Shown here: in pieces, positions 1 to 9,329 of the stretch
Layout: each line of letters begins with the position of its first letter
Numbering within the stretch: the stretch's first letter is position 1
Source of the DNA: Pseudomonadota bacterium
GTDB taxonomy: Bacteria; Desulfobacterota; Anaeroferrophillalia; Anaeroferrophillales; Tharpellaceae
Assembly: GCA_034659215.1 (NCBI GenBank)
Contig: JAYEGS010000244.1
Location: 12,659 to 76,658, forward strand
DNA: 64,000 nucleotides
Reading direction: 5' to 3'
The notes under the pieces: model-generated
The model's database searches: none
What the model was told of the DNA's origin: nothing
What the model saw: only the letters and a program-made list of their open reading frames with translations
Made by a program: the position numbers and the translations under genes

Positions 1-92
1 GGAAAAGCACCTCTTCAACCAGCCTGCCGCTTTCACGATCGATGTAGTGGTGTCCCGGCCGCCCAGATGATGGGTTGCGTTTCTGCATCACT

Positions 93-2465
93 TCAGATGA
101 GGGTTGACAATTGTAACAGGGTTGCGAGTTTTTCGGTGGTAATCGTGTCATTTACGAGCTCCGGCTGATGACGGGCAAAGTAGTCTTGAGGGGTTGTGTT
201 TTCCGGGAGAATTTCTTTAAAAGCCTGATCACTCTCCGACGACTCAGATGATTTGTGCGAATATTCGGTAAATTTTTTCTCAATTTCATAAAGTGCTTCC
301 TGATAATGTTTTGCTTTCAGATCTTTGCGATAGTAACTCTCCGCCAGACGATTAAACTCTTCAGCTCTCAGGCTCATCGGGGTTGACCCTGGAAGATCAT
401 GCATTATTGCCCGGCTCAATCGGGCACTGGTTCCGGCTTCCGGGTTACTGACTCTCTCTTTGAGATCGGCAATGGTCTCTTCCAGGTTCATAATCTCTAT
501 CAGATCACCGCCATCATCCTCTAAAACCCTGATAAGAGCCTTACGAAATTCGCTTTGCTGAAGACGCATATATCCGTGATAGCGGCCACTGGATCGAATT
601 TTGTCGGTTTTTTTTAAAATTTTTTGCATAAAGAGATTCGGACTCCCCTTGCGCACAAAGAAGGTCGGAAGACCTATTGCCGCACCAAAAAAGATCTGCC
701 GTCTCTCGCTTTCGATAGAGGGAGTATCCGGAATGTCATGATGGCGGATTTCCCCTTTTATTATATATCTATACGCCAGAGCCGTAATCAGAAGCTGGAG
801 GTCGGCAGCGTTGGCGAAATCGTTTTTAAAATCATAAAAAAGGCTGTAGTAACGCCCTTCAAAGCCCGAAAAACCGATATCTTCAAAACGCCGCATTTTA
901 TAGAGCAGGTAAAGAGACATCGAAGAGTCAAAAACCCCCTGGCTGGCGAGATCCTTTAAAGTACGCCGGTCATTACCAGGTATACCGTCCAACGCCGGAT
1001 TACTATCAGTGCTCATCAACGCCACCAGATAATCGAGTAGACGCTGGTCCGGAACAAAGTCACCTTTTAATCTGAAAATATGACTCAAAACCCGATCCAG
1101 CTGCTCCGGACCGAATGGCGTAAGCGGCTGCCCCAAGATACTGATGTTAGCCTTCTTTTTCCAACGCCGCCAGATCATTCGCAGATGAGTGTAATCGAGT
1201 TCGTGAGGAAGAAAACCCAAGACTTTTTCGGGATGAAAATCGGCAAAAGCCAGACGCCAGGGTGCGGCGCTGTAGGTACCGACAAAGAGAGAGAGGAAGT
1301 GTTCGCTGATTTTTATCACCAGATCTCCCGCCCATTTTTCATGCCGCTGCGTAAAACAAGGATGTTTCTCCGCCAGAAGCCGGGTCAATTTTTGGCTGCC
1401 CAGACTTAAATGAGTTCCATTATTGGCAAGGCTTATATTTGATGTATTAGGCATTATAACCAGATTGCTGGTTATAATGCCGGCATCCTTTAACTTCTTC
1501 ATCGCGTTAAGCCGGCTCCGCGACAGAACCTGGTGACATAAGATCATATATTTATGCTTTGCTTCTCCCTGATCCCAACCGGAAAGGCAGGGATTCATAA
1601 AGAGCTCACGATAAAAACTGTCCGGAACAAGATCGTTGAGCTGGTTCTGACGCCGGGGAGAGGTCGGCGCAAAATAGACCTCAGCTTTCTGACCATGCCG
1701 GTCGAGCTTGAAAACCCGGTTGGCATACTGGATCAGCATCTGAGTGAAAGCATAACGGCGTGCCATCTCGGCTGCCGTATTCTGCCCGAGACTTAAATCA
1801 CTGTCGGCTCGGCTCAATTCGAATGAAAAGGTTTCAGGGGAGGTGTTGTCACTCAAATAGTGCGCCATGAGCCGCTGCGCATTTTTTTTAACCACTTCCG
1901 GCGTATCCGAAGAGCTGACAGACTGAGCCAGAGCCAATTTGAAAAGATAGCTGATCGGTACCCTGAGCCAGGTTTCACCATCCTGAGTGAAGGTAAATTT
2001 ATCGGAATCAGAGCGCTGCAAACTCCCGATCAAGTGTTTATTGTCCTTAAGATCACCTGTAAAAATCTTTAAAGCATAAGAACTTAGGTAGGCAACCGGA
2101 AAGCGGACCCAACTGTTCTCCCAGGCTTGCATCTGATCATCATCGTCAAGGTAGCTGTTCAGATCAGCAAGTCGGGACCTGGGCATATCACCGGAATTAA
2201 CCCGACGCATCAAGTTTGTGTAAAAATCAGAATTCCTGATGCTTAAGGGGAGGTCTACGTTTAAAGCGGTGCCGGAGACTGCCGTCTGGAGTTCATTTTC
2301 AGTACCGGCAGTGGCATCACCGGCAATAAAGGGGAGTTTTTCCGGGTCGGGTTTGCGACGATCATTTATTTGAAGAGCGCGACACAGATCTAAGCCACAA
2401 GCTTCTTCTGCGACCTGATCAAGGGATTCGTTCAATTTAATAATTGTGGGCGGTTTTGACATCAA
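93..2465 (-). CDS. large conserved hypothetical protein (790 aa)
   Basis: Long uninterrupted ORF, tail-to-head with the GT4 and PHP genes on the same strand. I cannot assign a catalytic motif. Confidence 0.5.
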   Translation of the reverse strand: MMSKPPTIIKLNESLDQVAEEACGLDLCRALQINDRRKPDPEKLPFIAGDATAGTENELQTAVSGTALNVDLPLSIRNSDFYTNLMRRVNSGDMPRSRLADLNSYLDDDDQMQAWENSWVRFPVAYLSSYALKIFTGDLKDNKHLIGSLQRSDSDKFTFTQDGETWLRVPISYLFKLALAQSVSSSDTPEVVKKNAQRLMAHYLSDNTSPETFSFELSRADSDLSLGQNTAAEMARRYAFTQMLIQYANRVFKLDRHGQKAEVYFAPTSPRRQNQLNDLVPDSFYRELFMNPCLSGWDQGEAKHKYMILCHQVLSRSRLNAMKKLKDAGIITSNLVIMPNTSNISLANNGTHLSLGSQKLTRLLAEKHPCFTQRHEKWAGDLVIKISEHFLSLFVGTYSAAPWRLAFADFHPEKVLGFLPHELDYTHLRMIWRRWKKKANISILGQPLTPFGPEQLDRVLSHIFRLKGDFVPDQRLLDYLVALMSTDSNPALDGIPGNDRRTLKDLASQGVFDSSMSLYLLYKMRRFEDIGFSGFEGRYYSLFYDFKNDFANAADLQLLITALAYRYIIKGEIRHHDIPDTPSIESERRQIFFGAAIGLPTFFVRKGSPNLFMQKILKKTDKIRSSGRYHGYMRLQQSEFRKALIRVLEDDGGDLIEIMNLEETIADLKERVSNPEAGTSARLSRAIMHDLPGSTPMSLRAEEFNRLAESYYRKDLKAKHYQEALYEIEKKFTEYSHKSSESSESDQAFKEILPENTTPQDYFARHQPELVNDTITTEKLATLLQLSTLI

Positions 2466-2482
2466 TTAGAGCTAACCCATAC

Positions 2483-3562
2483 CTATAAAGACTGAGGAAG
2501 GGGCAGGAATGAATCCGCCCTGGGATTACACTTGACCGCTGAAGCCGATTTTAAATCATTCTGCAAAGCCAGGTTTGCAAGAAAAATCTCTGCTGTCTTC
2601 TGCCAGGTAAACTCTTCTGCATACCTGCGGCAAACTGCGGGGTCGAGATCCAACGCGGCCAGAGCCGCCTTGCGCAGGTCCCTGTCAACATAGCCGGTCT
2701 TTCCGGGTTTGATTACATCGATGGGACCGGTCTCAGGAAAGGCTGCAACCGGTAGACCACAGGCCATCGCCTCGAGCATAACCACGCCAAATGTGTCACT
2801 TTTCGAAGGAAAAACAAAGACATCACCACTGGCAACATGTTGCGCCAGCTCTTCTTCCTGTTTAAAACCACACCAGAAAACCTTATCGTAAAGCCGGCTA
2901 AGGCGTTTGCGATCGGGACCATCGCCTACGACCACCTTGCTGCCGGGGAGATCGAGTTTGAGAAAAGCATCGAGATTTTTTTCCCGGGCAACCCGGCCAC
3001 AATAGAGGAAAACCGGTCGGGGCAAAGCGGAAAATTTTCTATCTCCTTTTTTTAGCGGCTTGAACTTTTCCGTATCTACCCCCCTGGTCCAGGTTACAAG
3101 ATTTCTAAATCCCCGGCCGACCAAAGTCTGCTTCAGAGATTCTGTCGGGACCAGAGTAGTTTTTGCGGCCCCATGAAAGTGCCGCAAAAAAGAGTAGGTC
3201 AAAGCTTCAGGAACCGCGGCGTACTCTTTGAGATAGATCGGAAACTGAGTATGATAAGAGGAGCTGAACGGAAAGCTGTTTTTTAAGCACCAGCGCCTTG
3301 CGGCTCTGCCGACAGGGCCTTCAGTGGCAATATGGACAGCGTCAGGTTCAATTTTTTCGAGGAGTTTCGCAACCCTTTTGTAAGGGCGAAAAGCGAGTCT
3401 TATCTGAGGGTATCGGGGGCAGGCAAAGGTCGGCCCGATACCGGGATGTATAACCTCCAGTTGATGCCCCTCTATTTGCAGTATTTGACCAGTTCTGGTC
3501 CAGGTGGTAACAACACCGTTAATCTGCGGAAGCCAGGCATCACTGCAGAGAGCTATCTTCAT
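2483..3562 (-). CDS. glycosyltransferase family 4 (GT-B, group 1)
   Basis: Typical GT4 layout, with an N-terminal ...DAWLPQINGVVTT... domain and a C-terminal GDGPDRKRL / E-x7-E-like region. 21 nt separate it from the upstream PHP gene. Confidence 0.75.
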   Translation of the reverse strand: MKIALCSDAWLPQINGVVTTWTRTGQILQIEGHQLEVIHPGIGPTFACPRYPQIRLAFRPYKRVAKLLEKIEPDAVHIATEGPVGRAARRWCLKNSFPFSSSYHTQFPIYLKEYAAVPEALTYSFLRHFHGAAKTTLVPTESLKQTLVGRGFRNLVTWTRGVDTEKFKPLKKGDRKFSALPRPVFLYCGRVAREKNLDAFLKLDLPGSKVVVGDGPDRKRLSRLYDKVFWCGFKQEEELAQHVASGDVFVFPSKSDTFGVVMLEAMACGLPVAAFPETGPIDVIKPGKTGYVDRDLRKAALAALDLDPAVCRRYAEEFTWQKTAEIFLANLALQNDLKSASAVKCNPRADSFLPLPQSL

Positions 3563-3585
3563 TCTATTTTTTCCTTATAAATTTA

Positions 3586-5466
3586 TCAGGCAGCCGCTGC
3601 ACTTTTCTGCAAGCGACAGGAGTTGCGGTTAAAAACTATTTTCTCAGGCGCAATCCCCTTACTGACCAGATGTTGTTTGTCATGCTTATTGTCAACAATA
3701 ATAAGATCGGCCAGAGAAGCACTCCAGTCAATAAAGCGCTCCAGAAGCCGCCCCAGATCACTCTCATGCCAGAGCCTTTGTGAAGTTTTAATAAAACTTC
3801 GTTGATAGAGAAATGTGGATTTGATATTGAGAAGATGGGCCCCCGCCAGAACTGCTATTCCCATGGAGTTGGGAATTGATACGATGACCCTTTCCGCCTG
3901 AAGCTCTTCCAGACTGCGAAAAACTTCCAGAAAAGGGGGCAGCGGCAGCTCAAAAGCTGCTCCCTTGCCAAGCTTGACATAAGAAACCGGTTTAAAGTTG
4001 ACAATATCTGGGTCATTTTCAGCCTGATTCGGGTCACAGGTCATAGTTACAACCGAATAAAATTCACCAGCAGCAGCAATGGAATCACAAGAGGTATTTA
4101 TAATCCCGTTTAGCTGAGGCCTGAGTTTGCGGCCCGCAACAACAACACTCCGGGGAGATGTCTGAGGGAGGTCAAGTTCAGTTGCCAACTCTTTTAGAAA
4201 TAGATCGTCCTTGTGCTGGGTCGAGAAAGCGGCAAGATAGGGCGCTATCGCCAAAGCCACCGGCCCCAGAGCGGTGATTGTCTGCAAGGCATCAAACAGG
4301 TTTCCATGACGAAGGTGCCTAAGAAACTGCTCGACAAAACGCCAACTCAAGTGGTGGCAGATTTTACAGGAAGCCGCAAAAGATCTCTCCTGCGCCAGCT
4401 GATCGTCGAGGGCACTATTAAGCGACCTCGTAAAGAGCTGACCAATCTCATCAACAATCACTCTTTCGATCGGGGAAAACTGACGCTTTTTTCCGGCCCA
4501 GCATATTTTATCGACAAACAGTTTGTAACGACTCGGCCAGCTTTTCGGTTTATCGTCGTTCGGTGAAAGCAGATTCTGTAAAAAAGCTCCCAGCAGATCA
4601 TTGCTGATTTTTTTGTCAACCCCGAAACGGTCTTTATAATAACTGTAGGCAATTTTATAGAAGCTATGCGCAAGTTTCAGTGAATTGCCGGAACTGCCGC
4701 CCGGAAAACAGCGACCATTCGCAATATTTATAAGGTACTCAGACAAGTTTTCACCGGCAGAAGTTTCTGTCCAAGCCGTAGCTATAAAACTTCCGCTATG
4801 GTCATCACTGCCGCCGGTAAATGTTTTCAGCCAGGGCTTATAACCAATCGGCAAAAGATCATGTTTTGCCGACAGATCGTCAATCAGTTGCGGGGTCAGA
4901 GAACTGCAGATCAGCTTAAAGAGATCAGCTGCCCGAGGATCACGACTACCGTTGATAGCTTCAAAATGGGTAAACAGGAGGAGAAGTTTTTCGAGATGTT
5001 CCCGGTCAAGCCGGTCATCAACCCGAAAAAGAGGATGGGCTACCGAGTGAATGATTCTCTCCCTATCGATGTACCCCTTAAGATCGTAAACATTTTTTCG
5101 CAGATAGCTCAACTCAGCAAACTGTTTTTCTGAAATATCATACACCAGAATATGCAGTTTAGCCGGCACTTCGGGAAAATAGGTGGTAAGTTCGCAACTT
5201 AAAAAAGTATCGGCAAGATGCGAGATTTCCAGCGCACCTTCAATTTTATTATGGTCGGTTATCGTAACATAGTCCATACCTGAAGACTTTGCCTTGCGAT
5301 ATATCTCAAGCGGCTCAACATAACTTTCCGGTGCTCCAATCCGTCTGAGAAACCATTCACTGGGGCGATTTGAATATTTGCTGTGAACGTGTAAATCGAC
5401 TCTGGTGGTCATATCTTTCTCAAAAAATTGTTTTTTCCAGGTTGGCCTGACTTCATCAACGCCCAT
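3586..5466 (-). CDS. PHP (polymerase/histidinol-phosphatase) domain-containing protein
   Basis: N-terminal DLHVHSKYS...ITDHN metal-binding histidine motifs typical of the PHP fold. The long C-terminal region is unassigned. Confidence 0.6.
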   Translation of the reverse strand: MGVDEVRPTWKKQFFEKDMTTRVDLHVHSKYSNRPSEWFLRRIGAPESYVEPLEIYRKAKSSGMDYVTITDHNKIEGALEISHLADTFLSCELTTYFPEVPAKLHILVYDISEKQFAELSYLRKNVYDLKGYIDRERIIHSVAHPLFRVDDRLDREHLEKLLLLFTHFEAINGSRDPRAADLFKLICSSLTPQLIDDLSAKHDLLPIGYKPWLKTFTGGSDDHSGSFIATAWTETSAGENLSEYLINIANGRCFPGGSSGNSLKLAHSFYKIAYSYYKDRFGVDKKISNDLLGAFLQNLLSPNDDKPKSWPSRYKLFVDKICWAGKKRQFSPIERVIVDEIGQLFTRSLNSALDDQLAQERSFAASCKICHHLSWRFVEQFLRHLRHGNLFDALQTITALGPVALAIAPYLAAFSTQHKDDLFLKELATELDLPQTSPRSVVVAGRKLRPQLNGIINTSCDSIAAAGEFYSVVTMTCDPNQAENDPDIVNFKPVSYVKLGKGAAFELPLPPFLEVFRSLEELQAERVIVSIPNSMGIAVLAGAHLLNIKSTFLYQRSFIKTSQRLWHESDLGRLLERFIDWSASLADLIIVDNKHDKQHLVSKGIAPEKIVFNRNSCRLQKSAAAA

Positions 5467-5626
5467 AATTTATCTGTCCAAAGTTAAATTAAGTTAAAGA
5501 AAATATTAATTATTTTTAAAGAAAAAATATTTAGCAAGACAAAAAATTTATCTTATCTTAACGATTTCAAGTTATGAACTAGCCTTGATGCAATCCAATC
5601 AGGCCTAAAAAAGGAGGAAAACAATA

Positions 5627-6169
5627 ATGGCTTTTGTTAACAAGCAGGAGTTTGGTCTGACTTTCGGGGAAACCGATAGCCTGGTCAGCGAAATTGTTGA
5701 GCTCCTCAAAAAACATCATGTTTTCGACGAGGGCTATCCTGGTCGAGATCTGGTCGAGGCGGAGAAGGTAAAACTCTCTTTTCGCAAGAAGGAAGATGTT
5801 TCCAAAGTAAAACTCCAACTTCAATTCCCGGAAAAGTTCGAGTATAATCCGAAAAGTGAAAGGGAATTACTTGAAAATCCCAAACTTAAATACAGTAAGT
5901 TAAAAAAAATGATGAAAAAATCCTATGCCGAACTCTGCCGGGCAGTTCAGGATGATATTTTGCCGCCGGCAGATCTGGTTGGAAACTTCATTAATCAATC
6001 GGCAAAAATGGTGACCTACGGCGGCCGTGGTGATGAGCACTACGACCGATATTCCGACGCCTGTTTCAATTTCAAGCAGGCCTATGATGATGGCGACCAG
6101 GAAAAAATGAAGGCAGCTCTGGCACGGGTGCAGAAGATAAAAAAAGAGTGCCATGAGCACTACAAATAG
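5627..6169 (+). CDS. GAK-cluster small protein, possible XXXCH-domain protein
   Basis: RBS AAGGAGG 7 nt upstream. The C-terminus ends ...KKECHEHYK. It is the first gene of a co-directional cluster with ATP-grasp, HprK-like kinase, amphi-Trp and CofD-like genes. The domain assignment comes from memory of the TIGRFAM description. Confidence 0.4.
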   Translation: MAFVNKQEFGLTFGETDSLVSEIVELLKKHHVFDEGYPGRDLVEAEKVKLSFRKKEDVSKVKLQLQFPEKFEYNPKSERELLENPKLKYSKLKKMMKKSYAELCRAVQDDILPPADLVGNFINQSAKMVTYGGRGDEHYDRYSDACFNFKQAYDDGDQEKMKAALARVQKIKKECHEHYK

Positions 6170-6184
6170 AGAAACGGAGTCAAT

Positions 6185-7345
6185 ATGGGCATAGCCGACA
6201 GCCTGAAAATCGTACCGGTTTCAGGCAACCTTCCGGAAGTAGATCAAGATATCTGCGAAGCGGACGAAAAAAGATTTTTCAAAGTTGTATCTACTAAATT
6301 GAATGATCTCGAAACTCAACGAATAACTACGCCCGAAGAGGTGTACAAAAGAGAGGAGGAGGTGCTGGCAGTTCATTGGCACCCTGAGTTTATTCCTCTT
6401 GATCTGATTACCGAAAGAATCGAAAAACTCTACCCCAATCGCCGCCGTGAGCTGATCATCCCCACCCAGCACAACGTCATGCTGGATTACAACGGCTACT
6501 CCGGGGTGGAGGTTGATTGTTATTCAAGCGGATTTAATCGCAAGGTCCAGCTGTTAATTCACTTCAACTCCAGCTTAGTGCGCGACAAGGAGTGCGGGGT
6601 TTTCGAAAACATTCTCGAGCATACTTTCAAGTACCGCTCATCCCAGCTCTTCAGCTTCATGGGAGCCCTGACCAAGCCCAAGCAAGAATGGCTGGAAAAA
6701 GCGGCCCGCGAAACCGGCGCCCGACCGGAGCTGATCGATTTCATCGCCTCTCATGTTAAAAAAATAGAGTCTTTAATTGAACTTCACTACGATCACATAC
6801 CCAGAGCCAGCATCAAAAACAAACTTTTACGAAACTATTTTTATGAGCTTGCCGACACTCTTGATGAAGCTGTAATCATACGGATTCAGGCTTTTCTAAA
6901 GAGCCTCAAAGAGATTGTTAAGAAAAATTTTTCCCTGAAATTCTTCTATCGAACTTCAGAAATAATCGAGGAAGCCCGATCTCTGGGGGCAGGTATTGTA
7001 ATTCCTCACCCGGAACAGTTCTGGCCCATTCTGATGGCTGATTATGATGTCGATGGCTACGAAATCTGGAACCCTCAATCCCGTGAATACACAGAGTTCC
7101 TAATTTCGGTCTTAAATCGACGCAACTCCAACCATAAGGGTCGCAGACTCCTGGCATTCATGGGTGACGACACTCATTTTGGTGAAAAAATCAAACACCC
7201 TGATGAAAGAAAAAAAGAGAAAGGCGACCGGGAGATCGGACTGCAACCGGCTTGGAATGATCTTGCTATCAGTAAAGAGTTGATTAAAGCCGGTCTCAGC
7301 AAAACTCAGGTCATGGCCGAATACAGAGCTCGCCTGGACGGCTGA
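6185..7345 (+). CDS. hypothetical protein (GAK cluster member)
   Basis: ORF 16 nt after the previous gene, on the same strand. No recognisable motif. Confidence 0.5.
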   Translation: MGIADSLKIVPVSGNLPEVDQDICEADEKRFFKVVSTKLNDLETQRITTPEEVYKREEEVLAVHWHPEFIPLDLITERIEKLYPNRRRELIIPTQHNVMLDYNGYSGVEVDCYSSGFNRKVQLLIHFNSSLVRDKECGVFENILEHTFKYRSSQLFSFMGALTKPKQEWLEKAARETGARPELIDFIASHVKKIESLIELHYDHIPRASIKNKLLRNYFYELADTLDEAVIIRIQAFLKSLKEIVKKNFSLKFFYRTSEIIEEARSLGAGIVIPHPEQFWPILMADYDVDGYEIWNPQSREYTEFLISVLNRRNSNHKGRRLLAFMGDDTHFGEKIKHPDERKKEKGDREIGLQPAWNDLAISKELIKAGLSKTQVMAEYRARLDG

Positions 7346-7361
7346 AACTGGAGAAAAATTT

Positions 7362-7628
7362 ATGGATTCCAAAAAGTTCTCGCACATCTCAATTCAGGAT
7401 ACTGAAGCTGTTAAACTTTATCTTAAATCTCTAATTGAGGCCCTTGAAAAGAAACAGATCACTTTATCCTCCGGTAAAGAAAAAATGGAGATGACTGTAG
7501 GGGATTTATGCCGTGTCTCAATCCAGGCAAAGAAAAAAGGGCCTGAAAACAAACTCTCGATCAAGCTTAACTGGAAGGAAAACGGCAAACTGATGGAACT
7601 TTCGGAAGATGATGTCGAAATACTCTGA
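7362..7628 (+). CDS. amphi-Trp-like small protein, paralog 1
   Basis: 88 aa. It parallels the 85-aa ORF at 12653: acidic N-terminus, then K-rich, then a conserved Trp in KLNWKEN versus KLSWKQE. Confidence 0.5.
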   Translation: MDSKKFSHISIQDTEAVKLYLKSLIEALEKKQITLSSGKEKMEMTVGDLCRVSIQAKKKGPENKLSIKLNWKENGKLMELSEDDVEIL

Positions 7629-7646
7629 ACATCAAGGTATCGATAA

Positions 7647-9317
7647 TTGAGTAACGAATTTTACGAGATCCAGAATCTCGAAGATAATTTCAGCCTGCTC
7701 CTAACCGAAACTTCCAGTCAGGTGGAGCGCTCGTTCACGTTCATAGAGACTTTTTCGCAAGATCTTTACGAAAAGGTCGTCCAACGCGACGACTACATCG
7801 ACAACCTCAAGCTGACCATTGAAAATCAATGTTTTGACTCACTGCGTAAACTTACCAGTAAAAACAAAGAAGAGATGTCTCAGATTCGGGCGCGTCAGAT
7901 TATCTGCGTTAACCTGGAAAAGATCGCCGATTTCTGCGTCAATATCTGCAAGCAGGTTGAGTTTATCCACGATAAGGATTTCTGGCTACAATTCAGTTTT
8001 CAACCAATGTGCCGAATGATAGAGGAGAACCTCAAGCAAATCGAAGCTACCCTTAGCGAGAAAAGTGTGGCCAAAGCCATGATCATCTGCCGGTCGGAGT
8101 GTGAACTTGACGATCTCTTCAAGGAAAATTTTGACCAGATAATGCTTTTTCTCCGGACCGGAGAGCAGGTCGATACCTGCGTGACCACCCTCTTCATCTT
8201 CCGCTATCTCGAACGTATGGGGGACTCTCTGCTTAATATCGGAGAAGCAATACTGCTGGCAATACTGGGTGATAAAATAAAGATCCGTCAGTTTGAAGCG
8301 ATGCAGCAGAGCCTTGATCAATCAGGCATGGAGATTCCACCGGAAAAACTTGAAGTAAACTCATTTCTGGGAACCCGTTCCGGCTGCAATATAAGCCGAC
8401 TGGCAAACGAAGTTAACCAGGGTTTAAGCGATGAACGTCGGGAGGGTCTGTTTAAATCGGGAAACCCCGAGAAAATCGAGCGGGAAAAGGATAATATTGA
8501 AGAGTGGTCAAGGATAAAACCGGGCCTTGTGCCAAAGATATTCTCCTTCCAGAAAGAGCCGGACCGCAGTTCAATGCTGGTGGAATTTCTATCTGGCCAG
8601 ACACTTGAAGCTACGATAGTCTCCTGCAGCTGGCTGGAAATTGACCAGATTATGAATGAACTCAAGGCAAACATTGTTGAGATCTGGAAAAAAACCGCGA
8701 TCAGGAAACCGACTCCCACTAACTACATGGACCAGCTTTTAAAAAGAACTGAGGCGATCAGGACAATCCACCCTGATATCATGTCGGATGGTCAGATTAT
8801 TGGCGGAGTTGAAATCCCCTCGGCAGAAACTCTGGTAAAAAATTGCCGCCACTGGGAGAGCCGGACACCAGCCCCCTTTTCAGTCTTTGGTCACGGCGAT
8901 TTCAATGTTAACAATGTTCTCTATGATTTTGAGAAACAGGCCCTTCACTACATCGACCTCTACCGCTCACATCGGGCTGACTACCTGGAAGATGTTGCGG
9001 TTTTTCTGGTTTCCAACTTTCGCCTGCCGATTTTTGACCGGGAGACCCGTAAAAAAATCAACAAAACGATTATCAGCTTTTACGATTTTGCCCACGATTT
9101 TGCTCAAAAGAACAAGGATCAGACCTTTGCCCTGCGCCTGGCTCTGGCACTGGCAAGATCCTTCATGACTTCAACCAGATTTGAACAAAAACGAAAATTC
9201 TCCCGGGAGATGGGATTGCGCTCAACCTATCTTTTAGAAAGAATTGATCGACATTTGAGCAGCAATGGTTCACCGGTTGATTTTTCTTTCCCCAGGAGTA
9301 TACTTATCTTGCCCTAA
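7647..9317 (+). CDS. PhoU-like domain fused to a protein-kinase-like/APH-fold phosphotransferase
   Basis: N-terminus has PhoU signatures: DDYIDNLKLTIENQ and RYLERMGDSLLNIGE (compare ERIGDHATNIAE). C-terminus has HGDFNVNNVLYD, a kinase-like HGDxxxxN catalytic loop, and DLYRS (DxD-like). Confidence 0.55.
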   Translation: MSNEFYEIQNLEDNFSLLLTETSSQVERSFTFIETFSQDLYEKVVQRDDYIDNLKLTIENQCFDSLRKLTSKNKEEMSQIRARQIICVNLEKIADFCVNICKQVEFIHDKDFWLQFSFQPMCRMIEENLKQIEATLSEKSVAKAMIICRSECELDDLFKENFDQIMLFLRTGEQVDTCVTTLFIFRYLERMGDSLLNIGEAILLAILGDKIKIRQFEAMQQSLDQSGMEIPPEKLEVNSFLGTRSGCNISRLANEVNQGLSDERREGLFKSGNPEKIEREKDNIEEWSRIKPGLVPKIFSFQKEPDRSSMLVEFLSGQTLEATIVSCSWLEIDQIMNELKANIVEIWKKTAIRKPTPTNYMDQLLKRTEAIRTIHPDIMSDGQIIGGVEIPSAETLVKNCRHWESRTPAPFSVFGHGDFNVNNVLYDFEKQALHYIDLYRSHRADYLEDVAVFLVSNFRLPIFDRETRKKINKTIISFYDFAHDFAQKNKDQTFALRLALALARSFMTSTRFEQKRKFSREMGLRSTYLLERIDRHLSSNGSPVDFSFPRSILILP

Positions 9318-9320
9318 ACT

Positions 9321-9329
9321 AAATAACCT
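9321..9329. repeat. 9-bp target-site duplication AAATAACCT (left copy)
   Basis: Identical 9-mer at 10646..10654, immediately outside the IS inverted repeats. Confidence 0.7.

Noticed and set aside
3586-4100. Reading the C-terminal third of the PHP-domain protein as a fused GT4 N-terminal domain
   Set aside because: The resemblance is vague (hydrophobic beta-alpha pattern only) and a complete GT4 gene follows separately. Left as PHP-domain protein with an unassigned C-terminus.
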